Assembly: GCA_044892525.1 (NCBI GenBank)
Contig: CM097885.1
Location: forward strand, 30,506,001-30,570,000
DNA from: Schmidtea polychroa
Lineage: Eukaryota
Direction: 5' to 3'
Length of the DNA stretch: 64,000 nucleotides
The notes beneath the pieces are model-generated. The model made no database searches, was not told where the DNA came from, and saw only the letters and a list, made by a program, of their open reading frames with translations. The translations under genes and the position numbers were made by a program. Below are positions 1 through 12,072 of this stretch, in pieces. Every line of letters begins with the position of its first letter. Positions within the stretch are counted from its first letter, which is position 1.

Positions 1-2828
1 TCTACAATAAAAATAATTATCATAAAATTCCAAAAGAGACTGATAACTAATGATAACATCTAATAAACCAGTAAATTCATTTAAATAATTGGTATATCCT
101 AGTGAATTCTCCAATTTCTCATTTCCTCCCAAATATATCAATATGTAAAGATTGGTATTGTAATGATAAATACTTGTTAAAGATCATATATTCCCCTCAG
201 ACTAATAAGATTGCTTAAACTCCCCTTTAAATGACTATAATTCTAACTTTAATTCCTATTATCATACATTTTTCACTATTGATAAAACCAGTTATAATTA
301 AATTTTTGTTAATCACTGTAAATTTTTGTAAATCACTGTACTTGAAATTTAAAATCTAAAATAAAATATAACTGACTAGGTCCCATTGAAAGATTAAATT
401 TATCCATTCAATAAAATATATTTCTTCAAATGGTCAACTTTTGTCGTTGTCCGTCTAAATAAAGATAAAAATAAATTAAAGTTGATATCAATCCCAATTA
501 TCTGTAAAGATTTCATTGTCAAAACCAAGTAAATCGATCATTATCCCTACTTAATAAAACATTGTTCTAAAATAATTTACTATGCATTAATCACAACCTA
601 ATAAAACGATATAATTATTATTGATTCATAACTGACTAATGTATTGCAATTTCCTTAAAAAACATTGATATTTTACCAACATCACCCTTAAAAAATCATA
701 TATTCCCATCGAAACCCTTCCCTCATTAAAAGCAACCGACTATATCTCCCTTACAATAATATATTCCCATCTTAACCCATCTCACATTAAATCTAACCGA
801 CTATATCCCCTTAAAAGATCATATTTTCCCCATCTTAACCGATCTCTCATTAAATCTAACCAACAATATCCCATCTTAACCGATCTCTCATTAAATCTAA
901 CCGACTATATCCCTTTAAAAATCATATATTCCCATCTTAACCCATCCCTCATTAAATTTAACCGACAATATCCTATCTTATCCGATCTCTCAGCAAATAT
1001 TTCTACCCTTTTAAACATCTATCCGATTATATCCCTTATTTTCCCTAAAGATTTCACCCGCTTGAGCCCTTTAATATATATCAATCCTCTTAAAATCCTC
1101 AGAGAACTTCAAAAATATGACTTTTAATTAATTGTTATAGAACCAGACAAATAATAAGAGCCCATTAAAAGATCAAAATTCACTAAATTTTCTACAAATA
1201 TTTACCATCAAATACTGGAGATGAAATATATTGTTTGATCATAATTCTTCATCGATTCAGCCAATCATTTTCAAGCAAACTAAATTTCAGTATATTCTAC
1301 AATCATTTTCATGTAAATTTAAAGTTAACTGGTTTCTTAGCTTATGTTTTTTAAAGTTCATCAACGAGTAAATTATTGAAAAAATTATTTAGTCAAATAT
1401 ATTACAAAGTTATCATCAAAAATCACTTAATTATTAACCTAATTGTCAATGAAATTAATTTTTATTTAAAAACTATTCAATAAAATACCACTAATTATCA
1501 AGAAATTAACTAAATTTATCACCATTAAAACTTTTAATCAGTCAACATGAAATTCTTAGAAAATTATTCAATATCCTCATCAAAATTTATCCTATCACTT
1601 GATTATTGTACAAACTTTAATTATTAACCTCATTAAAATAAATTTTTATTTAAAATTAAAAATACATCCAATTATCAAGAAATTAATTAAATTTATCTTA
1701 GAACTAACTTTAAATTATTAAATATTCATTCAATAAACATGAAATTTGCAAAAATGTTAGAAATACACAAAAATAATAGAAATTTACAAAAATAATAGAA
1801 ATTTACAAAAATCAAAGAAATTCACAAAAATGATAAAAATTCATGAAATGATGGAAATCTACAAAAAACGATAAAAATTCACAAAAAATTACGGAAATTC
1901 ATGAAAATAATGGAAATTCACAAAATTCATAAAAATTCACAAAAATGATAGAAATTCACAAGAATGATAAAAATCCACAAAAAATTCATAAAAATTCACA
2001 AAAATTATAGAAATTTACTTGAATATTTACTAAAACCATCAACTCTAAAAATTATCAATACCTTAAACATCAAATTTGCCTAAATAATCATTCAAATAAA
2101 AGTATTAAAAGTACCCTTGCGACATGTTGAATGTGAGTAGTACCCTTGTGAGCAATACCCATAGGGGGACAGAATATTTTGTCGGATAAACTCAGAGTAT
2201 ATATTAATTAACTCATTCTTCATTGAATTAGTCAAATTATCATAAATTTCGATAAAAATTCTAAAGTGGTAAGCAATGTAAAGAGAAATATTCTTTAAAC
2301 TTTGATAAAATTAACATTGAAGGTGGTAAGAATCATTAAAGTGAGGAAATTATTCATTACTCGATTCAAATGGGTGAAAATAATTGGTAGAATAATTCAT
2401 TAATGGAGGTAAATAATGAGAAGTGGCATAGATAAGAAGAAGGTTGATAAAAATGTAAATATATTAATTGAATTTATTTAAAATTATTTCATAAAATTCA
2501 TAAATTTAATAAAAAAAACTTTTAAAACAAATATTTGTGGGGAATAATTAATCAAAATCGGGGGGATATTAGTGATTAATTAATGGAAAATCGGGAATCG
2601 GGGAATATAAGTGAATAATTAATGGAAATTCTAGGGAATACAAATGATTAAATAGTGGAAATCGGGGGAATATAGGAGATTAAATAGTGGGGTATTGAGA
2701 ATCGGTGGAATATAAGTGAGAAGGATATGTAATTTAAACTATTTTATTACGTAACAAGCCGCGACTAGTTTATTACACAACAAGCCGTGACTAGTTTATT
2801 ACATAACAAGCTGTGAATAGTATTTTAT
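1..2828. repeat. Left arm of giant inverted repeat (continues off the left edge of the window)
   Basis: Reverse complement of 3524-6351 (position n pairs with 6352-n). I noticed only two mismatches, at about 108 and 1592. Confidence 0.97.
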
Positions 2829-3523
2829 AAGACATATATTTGAGTATTAACTTATTTTGATTGAAGTATCACATTTAATATTGTGATGATTGTTTTCTAA
2901 ATCGAAATATTTAGTGTAAAATAGTAAATTTAATAATAAATAGCTACAATATTAAAGGTCTTTTTTTAAAAAAATATTTACTTTCTATTACCTAATTCCA
3001 TCATTAAGTTTAGAAAGTCTATATCTGTTCAAAATTCAATTTCTTATTCACATTTTCTAATAAAACTTATATTTTTAAATTTAGTGTAAAGAATTTAATT
3101 TTAATTGTATTTTATAAGTCATTTATTTGAATATTTATCTTATTTTTATTGAAAGGAGTAATATAATTCATATTATGATATTCGTTTCGAAATATTTAGT
3201 GTAGAATCGTAAATTTAATAATATATAGCTATTATTGCAAGTACTTATACAACAAAAACTTTTTTATTTCTAATGTTTTATTCCATAAATAAGTTTAAAA
3301 GTATATAACTGGTAATGAATTAATTTCTTATTTAAATTTATTTAAAAAAGCTTTACTTATAAAATTTATATTTTCGAAGACTTATATTTGAATATTAACT
3401 TATATTGATTGAAAAGGGTAATTGATTTAGAAATTAATTAGTGTAAATCAAAACATTTAAATTATTAAGGTATTAAAGTACCTATTCAAAAATTAAAAAA
3501 AAAAGACCTAATCAATAATTTCA

Positions 3524-6351
3524 ATAAAATACTATTCACAGCTTGTTATGTAATAAACTAGTCACGGCTTGTTGTGTAATAAACTAGTCGCGGCTTGTTA
3601 CGTAATAAAATAGTTTAAATTACATATCCTTCTCACTTATATTCCACCGATTCTCAATACCCCACTATTTAATCTCCTATATTCCCCCGATTTCCACTAT
3701 TTAATCATTTGTATTCCCTAGAATTTCCATTAATTATTCACTTATATTCCCCGATTCCCGATTTTCCATTAATTAATCACTAATATCCCCCCGATTTTGA
3801 TTAATTATTCCCCACAAATATTTGTTTTAAAAGTTTTTTTTATTAAATTTATGAATTTTATGAAATAATTTTAAATAAATTCAATTAATATATTTACATT
3901 TTTATCAACCTTCTTCTTATCTATGCCACTTCTCATTATTTACCTCCATTAATGAATTATTCTACCAATTATTTTCACCCATTTGAATCGAGTAATGAAT
4001 AATTTCCTCACTTTAATGATTCTTACCACCTTCAATGTTAATTTTATCAAAGTTTAAAGAATATTTCTCTTTACATTGCTTACCACTTTAGAATTTTTAT
4101 CGAAATTTATGATAATTTGACTAATTCAATGAAGAATGAGTTAATTAATATATACTCTGAGTTTATCCGACAAAATATTCTGTCCCCCTATGGGTATTGC
4201 TCACAAGGGTACTACTCACATTCAACATGTCGCAAGGGTACTTTTAATACTTTTATTTGAATGATTATTTAGGCAAATTTGATGTTTAAGGTATTGATAA
4301 TTTTTAGAGTTGATGGTTTTAGTAAATATTCAAGTAAATTTCTATAATTTTTGTGAATTTTTATGAATTTTTTGTGGATTTTTATCATTCTTGTGAATTT
4401 CTATCATTTTTGTGAATTTTTATGAATTTTGTGAATTTCCATTATTTTCATGAATTTCCGTAATTTTTTGTGAATTTTTATCGTTTTTTGTAGATTTCCA
4501 TCATTTCATGAATTTTTATCATTTTTGTGAATTTCTTTGATTTTTGTAAATTTCTATTATTTTTGTAAATTTCTATTATTTTTGTGTATTTCTAACATTT
4601 TTGCAAATTTCATGTTTATTGAATGAATATTTAATAATTTAAAGTTAGTTCTAAGATAAATTTAATTAATTTCTTGATAATTGGATGTATTTTTAATTTT
4701 AAATAAAAATTTATTTTAATGAGGTTAATAATTAAAGTTTGTACAATAATCAAGTGATATGATAAATTTTGATGAGGATATTGAATAATTTTCTAAGAAT
4801 TTCATGTTGACTGATTAAAAGTTTTAATGGTGATAAATTTAGTTAATTTCTTGATAATTAGTGGTATTTTATTGAATAGTTTTTAAATAAAAATTAATTT
4901 CATTGACAATTAGGTTAATAATTAAGTGATTTTTGATGATAACTTTGTAATATATTTGACTAAATAATTTTTTCAATAATTTACTCGTTGATGAACTTTA
5001 AAAAACATAAGCTAAGAAACCAGTTAACTTTAAATTTACATGAAAATGATTGTAGAATATACTGAAATTTAGTTTGCTTGAAAATGATTGGCTGAATCGA
5101 TGAAGAATTATGATCAAACAATATATTTCATCTCCAGTATTTGATGGTAAATATTTGTAGAAAATTTAGTGAATTTTGATCTTTTAATGGGCTCTTATTA
5201 TTTGTCTGGTTCTATAACAATTAATTAAAAGTCATATTTTTGAAGTTCTCTGAGGATTTTAAGAGGATTGATATATATTAAAGGGCTCAAGCGGGTGAAA
5301 TCTTTAGGGAAAATAAGGGATATAATCGGATAGATGTTTAAAAGGGTAGAAATATTTGCTGAGAGATCGGATAAGATAGGATATTGTCGGTTAAATTTAA
5401 TGAGGGATGGGTTAAGATGGGAATATATGATTTTTAAAGGGATATAGTCGGTTAGATTTAATGAGAGATCGGTTAAGATGGGATATTGTTGGTTAGATTT
5501 AATGAGAGATCGGTTAAGATGGGGAAAATATGATCTTTTAAGGGGATATAGTCGGTTAGATTTAATGTGAGATGGGTTAAGATGGGAATATATTATTGTA
5601 AGGGAGATATAGTCGGTTGCTTTTAATGAGGGAAGGGTTTCGATGGGAATATATGATTTTTTAAGGGTGATGTTGGTAAAATATCAATGTTTTTTAAGGA
5701 AATTGCAATACATTAGTCAGTTATGAATCAATAATAATTATATCGTTTTATTAGGTTGTGATTAATGCATAGTAAATTATTTTAGAACAATGTTTTATTA
5801 AGTAGGGATAATGATCGATTTACTTGGTTTTGACAATGAAATCTTTACAGATAATTGGGATTGATATCAACTTTAATTTATTTTTATCTTTATTTAGACG
5901 GACAACGACAAAAGTTGACCATTTGAAGAAATATATTTTATTGAATGGATAAATTTAATCTTTCAATGGGACCTAGTCAGTTATATTTTATTTTAGATTT
6001 TAAATTTCAAGTACAGTGATTTACAAAAATTTACAGTGATTAACAAAAATTTAATTATAACTGGTTTTATCAATAGTGAAAAATGTATGATAATAGGAAT
6101 TAAAGTTAGAATTATAGTCATTTAAAGGGGAGTTTAAGCAATCTTATTAGTCTGAGGGGAATATATGATCTTTAACAAGTATTTATCATTACAATACCAA
6201 TCTTTACATATTGATATATTTGGGAGGAAATGAGAAATTGGAGTATTCACTAGGATATACCAATTATTTAAATGAATTTACTGGTTTATTAGATGTTATC
6301 ATTAGTTATCAGTCTCTTTTGGAATTTTATGATAATTATTTTTATTGTAGA
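3524..6351. repeat. Right arm of giant inverted repeat
   Basis: For example 6292-6351 is the reverse complement of 1-60, and 3524-3540 of 2812-2828. The spacer 2829-3523 is 695 bp. Confidence 0.97.
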
Positions 6352-6759
6352 TTGCTGACTTTGATAATTGTAATGAATTTATACTGATTTTTTTTTTGAA
6401 TATATTGAGAAATCAGTCAATCAATTTGAGTACATGTATTACTTTTAAAAAAATGCTTAAAATTAATTTTATTTCAATTAATTTATTCAATCTAAATCAA
6501 TTATCTACTAGATCTTATCTTATTAATTTATTATCTTAGTTGATTCAATTTGAATGATCAATATTTTTTTATTTACTTGATGACTAGAATTTTTTCCTGT
6601 CCATTAATTAAATTTTTATGATATTTATTTCGAATAATTTAAATTTTTACAATTATTTAATCAATTTTTACCTAGTTATTGATGCCTTGAGTTCAATTAA
6701 TTTTCCATCTAATTTTTCAAGTGATGAGTATTTTTCTTTTAAAGATCAATTTGTTAGTA

Positions 6760-7740
6760 CATAGTTGTTGGTTGTAAGTAGTTGGTTGACTTTTTAGATT
6801 TTGATAAGAAAATAGTGTATGCGATGAAGAATATTTTGTATTTAATTGCTATTATTTTTATGTGTTGTTAGTTGATTGTTGGTACTAAGTTGTTGGTATC
6901 TTGTATTTGGTAGTAGGTACAATGTTGTTTACTGATTGTTGTTATATAGTTGTAGGTTGATAATGCTTAGTACCTGGTTGTTGTTGGTTGTTAGTGTTTA
7001 GTATTTAGTTCTAGGTACTTGGTAGGTGGTAGCTAGTTGGTTGTAGGTACTTAGTAGCAGGTAACTGGTTGTTAGTAACTAGTTGTAGGTTGTAGGTGGT
7101 TGGTAATGCTTAGTACATGGTTGTTGTTGGTTGTGAGTACTCGGTATCTGGTACCTAGTTGGTTGCTATCAGGTAACTGGTTGTTAGTAACTAGTTGTAA
7201 GTATTTGGTATCAGGTAACTGGTTTGTTGGTTGTTTTTGGTTGTTAGTATCTAGTTGTAGTTATCAGGTAACTAGTTGTTAGTAACTAGTTGTAGGTTGT
7301 AGGTGGTTGGTAATGCTTAGTAGCTGGTTATTGTCGGTTGTGAGTACTCGGTATCTGGTACCTAGTTGGTTGGTTGTTTTGGTTGTATGTACTTGGTAAC
7401 AGGTAACTGTTTGTTAGTAACTAGTTGTAGGTTGTAAGTGTTTGGTATTTAGTTGACAGTGCTTAGTACTTGGTACCTAGTTGGTTGCTTGTTTTTGGTT
7501 GAATGTACTTGGTAGGTGGTAGCTAGTTGGTTGTAGGTATCTAGTTGTAGGTATCTGGTTGGTTGCTTGTTTTTGGTTGTTAGTACTTGTTAGGTGGTTG
7601 TAGGTACTTAGTATCAGGTAACTGGTTGTTAGTAACTAGTTGTAAGTACTTGGTACCTAGTTGTTAGTAACTAGTTGTAGGTATCTGGTTGTTAATACAT
7701 GTTCGTAAGTTACTGGTTGTTGGTACTAAGTTGTTGGTTT
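6760..7740. repeat. GT-rich degenerate tandem array (GGTTGTTAGTAACTAGTTGTAG-like units)
   Basis: Recurrent ggttgttagtaactagttgtag and ggtacctagttggttg motifs. Confidence 0.85.
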
Positions 7741-7989
7741 GTTGTTGAATTATTATTAAAATTTGTCTTTGTAAAATATTTCATAAAAAATTTCATTAAA
7801 AATTATCTTAAAAATTTCCATCTAAAATTAACATTGAAAAATATTTCATAAAAATTTCCATTAAAAATTAACTTAAAAAATTATTCCATAAAAATTTCCA
7901 TTAAAAATTACTTAAAAAATTATTTCATTAAAATTTTCATTAAAAAATTTCAATTCTCAAACACCTTCAACTTTTTGTAATTAAATTTT

Positions 7990-8870
7990 AAAATCTTACT
8001 TTAATTTACTTATTACATTACTTATTTAAAAATTATTACTTTAATTTACTTATTTAACTTTAATTTAAAATTTTTGACCATTGATTACTTAATTTTAAAA
8101 TTTGGACCTTAATTAACTTTAATTTAATTTTTTAGAACCTTAATTTAGTTATTTGAGCCCATTCATTACTTTAATTTAAAAATTTGAACCATAATTTACT
8201 TTAATTCAAAAATTTGGACCATTATTTACTTTAATTGAAAAATTTGAACCTTAATTTACTTTAATTTAGTTATTTGAGCCCATTCATTACTAATTGAAAA
8301 ATTTGGACCATAATTTACTGTAATTTAATTTTTAGAACCATAATTTACTGTAATTTAATTTTTAGGACCATAATTAACTGTAATTGAAAAATTTGGACCA
8401 TAATTTACTGTAATTTAATTTTTAGAACCATAATTTACTGTAATTTAATATTTTAGAACCTAAATTTACTGTTATTGAAAAATTTGAACCATCATTTACT
8501 TTAATTCAAAAATCTTAGCCCATAATTTACTTTAATTTAAAAATTTGGACCATAATTTACTGTAATTTAATTTTTTAGAACCAAAATTTACTTTAATTTA
8601 ATTTTTAGAACCATAATTAACTGTAATTAAATTTTTAGAACCATTATTTACTTTAATTTAAAAATTTGAACCTTAATTTAGTTATTTGAGCCCATAATTT
8701 ACTTTAATTCAAAAATCTGAGCCCATAATTTACTTTAATTCAAAAATTTGGACCATAATTTACTGTAATTTTAAAATTTGGACCATAATTTACTGTAATT
8801 CAAAATTTTTGACCCATAATTTACAGTAATTTAATTTTTAAGACCCATTATTTACTTTATTTTAAAAATT
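7990..8870. repeat. ~30-bp degenerate tandem array (CCATAATTTACTGTAATTTAATTTTTAGAA-like)
   Basis: Repeated ccataatttact[g/t]taatt...gaa/gga units. Confidence 0.9.
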
Positions 8871-9490
8871 TACCACGCTTTTTTAGTGTAGACCACCTTT
8901 TTCTCAGGACCAAGGAGACCCGCATTAATTTACTTTGAAAATTCCATGCTTTTTTAGTGATAATCGGATTTTTGTATTGAAAATATCCTGAGACCTTAAA
9001 TTACCATGCTTTTTTATTGAAGACCACCTTTTTCTATTGAAAATATCCTGAGACCTTAAATTACCACTCTTTTTTATTGAAGATCACCTTTTGCTATTGA
9101 AATTCTCAGGACCAAGGAGTCCCACCTGAATTGACCTAGAAAATTCCATGCTTTTTAGTGGTAGTCGGATTTTTGTATAGAAAATATCCTGAGACCTTAA
9201 ATTGCCACTCTTTTTTAGTGTAGACCACCTTTTTCTATTGAAAATATCCTGAGACCTTAAATTACCATGCATTTTTATTGAAGACTGTCTTTTTGTATTG
9301 AAAATATCCTGAGACCTTAAATTGCCACTCTTTTTTATGTATACTGCCTTTTTGTATTGAAAAAAATTTTTTTTTATTGAAAATCCCCGGACCATCGAGA
9401 GTATGAAAATTCCATGCTTTTTTATTGAAGACCGCCTTTTTGTATAGAAAAAATTTTTTTGTATTGAAAATCCCAGGACCATCGAGACCC
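8870..9490. repeat. ~60-bp subterminal tandem array
   Basis: Repeated ttgaaaatatcctgagaccttaaattaccatgc...gaccacc units. Confidence 0.9.
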
Positions 9491-9689
9491 CCTCACTATA
9501 GTCTGATAAAAAAAAAAAAATTTGGACCAAAAATCCCTGAAAGCAAAAAATGTGAGTTGCAACAATTGCGTAATAAAAAGTTGCAACAAAAAAAAAGTTG
9601 CAACAAAAAAAAGTTGCAACAACCCCCCCCCCCCCCCGGGGGGGGGGGTAATTGTTGCGGTAAGCCACTATCTACCTACTACTTGACGC

Positions 9690-10656
9690 GTTTACAAATA
9701 ACTTCAGATTTTATTCCGATTTTGGTCAGAGTTCTGCAATGAAGAGTAGTTATTGTAATGAATCTCATCTGCTTATTGATTTTCAGCCACTGTAAACATT
9801 ACCAACATAGTAGTTGCCATGAGTACATCGATGGTAGAAAGATAATACTCATGAAGGTGTTTAAAGAGAAATTGGTGACAAATTTATCAACGACCCGAAA
9901 ACATTTAAACAATGGACCACTTAAGCTTCAACATATCACTATGGGAGTTTTACATATTAAATATGACTTTTACCCATTTCAGATAACATTTGATGGTATT
10001 GAAATCACAAAAAGAATGGGTGGAAATTTCTCAACTTCCGATTGAAAGTCCCAGTGATACCTTCAAATAGTATTTCCACCACATGTTGAAAGTGAATTGA
10101 GTAATGTAATCAAAATAAAGTTGACCTACAATACTGTACAGCATTACTGTGTCTGACTAAGTTTTTCCATTTTCTGATGATTTTTACATAAAGAAATTTG
10201 AGGATTTATATAACTAATTAACGTTCAATTGCTCTTATATTTTCAAATCAGTTGAAATTAAAGAAAAAGCGTTTAAATTCGGTCTCGGTGAAAATATTAA
10301 AGAAATTAAATTTGATTAAATCCTGGTCAATACATCTGAATTACAGAAGCAAATATATAATATCAGAAAATTTGGCGGAATTCGTAAAAAAAAATATTTG
10401 ATCACTATCAACAAATGTTCATCTATAGTGATATTATTGGTCCAATAAATGTTGACGATACTTTGGTTTCTTTAATAAAAGCAGTATTGATTAAAAAATA
10501 TAAACAAGATGAAGTTGTACACGTTCAAATAGAAAATCCCATGTATTACCAAATACAAGAACATGTATAAACAATATAGAAATCACGTATTGGTAACTGA
10601 AATTTATCAGATTTGCAAGATTCAAAAACACACATGACTATACATTTTTGAAAACA
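9690..10656 (+). pseudogene. Decayed Polinton/adintovirus minor capsid (penton) gene; C-terminal part recognisable
   Basis: 10415 onward reads MFIYSDIIGPINVDDTLVSLIKAVLIKKYKQDEVVHVQIENPMYYQ / INNIEIT ... KTHMTIHF*KQ, which matches the penton C-terminal pattern (IYxDII.P..VGDT...L; F.NP.Y; IEI; TLHFRK). Frameshifts and stops present; 5' boundary uncertain. Confidence 0.72.
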
Positions 10657-10659
10657 AGG

Positions 10660-10830
10660 AACAAGTAAACAATAGGGATCGGTATGGTTAAAAACTATTA
10701 GTTGATTCGCTTTTCTTATTCTTAAACGTATAGAAAAGTTTGGCATGAAAACCGCTAAAGATATAATAATGAATAATGCAAAAATATTACCGTCTTTAAA
10801 ATCCAATACTATATTTGAATTCAAAGATGC
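10660..10830 (+). pseudogene. Possible remnant of the small basic amphipathic Polinton protein that often follows the penton gene
   Basis: Q*GSVWLKTIS*FAFLILKRIEKFGMKTAKDIIMNNAKILPSLKS; lies between penton and protease. Confidence 0.4.
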
Positions 10831-10916
10831 ATTACCAGATGTAATTTCTTTGTTAGCAATTGTAATAGGAATGCATAGCAATGCAAAGGAATCTGAAAAG
10901 TCAGATAAAAGTGAAG

Positions 10917-11087
10917 CCAGATAAAATATAGGTTTTTGATCCGATTGGATATTATTATCCAGGTATAATAATATCAAAACTACAAACAATTGGTAAACCC
11001 TTCTTGTATAATAAAATCCGATGCTAAATTCTAATGACTCAAACATGTGGTAAACACTGCCTTTCATGGCTAAATTCAATGTTATAA
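10917..11087 (+). pseudogene. Adenain-like (Polinton) cysteine protease fragment
   Basis: VFDPIGYYYP...YNKIRC*ILMTQTCGKHCLSWL matches FD(S/P)xG ... YN...Q....CGxxC. The oxyanion Gln codon is now TAA and the His region is missing. Confidence 0.75.
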
Positions 11088-11940
11088 ATCTATAAACAAT
11101 GTAGTTTTATTAAATGTTATTAGTAAAAATATCTTGTTATTTTATTGATTTTATTGATTATAATTAGGAAGCTGGCGGAATAATTATGAAAGAATTATTG
11201 GTTATTTAATAATTTTGCTAGATTATGCATCTTCCTCATCTCTCAATATACATGCAGGACAAAAAGAATATTCCACTTCGTGTCACTTATTCATTATTGA
11301 TGCATCATTACTTAATGCATGTATATTAAATTAAAATTTTTAAAATAAGTGTTATCTTAAAATAAATTCATTTGAGTCAAGGATTCTTATTGGACATAAT
11401 ATATAATATAAGATAATATTTCATATATTTCCATTATGACTAAAAAGATTAAAAATTAATTTGTACTAAATAAATTTTTGGCTTTGTATTTATCAAGTGT
11501 TATTTGATAAAGCCAAAGCCGAAAATATATGTTACGGAATTAGTTTTTTTAATTTTTGTCAATGAAAATAAAATAATTTACATCAAAAAAAGAAAACACG
11601 TCAAAAGTAACCAAAAAATAAAATATTTTACTGATATGCATCTTTTGTAAAATAAAAGTAACGATTTGAAGAATATAAAAATTTTCTTTTACTCATTTCA
11701 TTGTGTTTATTTACAAAAGTGGCTTTGATTCTGTCATTTTTAACTGACCTTATTTCGTTTTACTGATTTCATTTTTGTCTGAAAATTAATCTATGTCAGA
11801 AATATCTGAATTTTTTATAATGATTTAATAATTTTACCGATAATTGTGAATTAATTGTGAAATTCAACTAATTCCATTATCACTAATGTCTCATAAGGAT
11901 TTTTTGTTCTTTTTTTATATTTTTGTTTCTTATATTCTTA

Positions 11941-11980
11941 ACTCCTCCTCCTCCTCCTCCTTCTTCTTCTTCTTCTTCTT

Positions 11981-12070
<90 letters not shown>
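11941..12070. repeat. Compound microsatellite (CTC)n(CTT)n(ATT)n
   Basis: Direct reading. Confidence 0.95.

Positions 12071-12072
<2 letters not shown>

Larger units (their letters stand above)
1..9683. mobile_element. Non-autonomous palindromic Polinton/Maverick-derived element (left end outside the window)
   Basis: Ends ...TCTACCTACTACT, which reads 5'-AGTAGTAGGTAGA on the minus strand (Polinton-type AGT-repeat terminus). Has a subterminal C15-G11 hairpin and tandem arrays, no credible ORFs, and is adjacent to Polinton gene remnants. Confidence 0.72.

Noticed and set aside
9084..9742. ORFs of 194, 105 and 66 aa at the element terminus, and the 60-aa ORF at 7100
   Set aside because: They are translations of tandem arrays and homopolymers with no protein-like content.
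10546..11079. 177-aa minus-strand ORF
   Set aside because: It is the antisense shadow of the plus-strand Polinton remnants.
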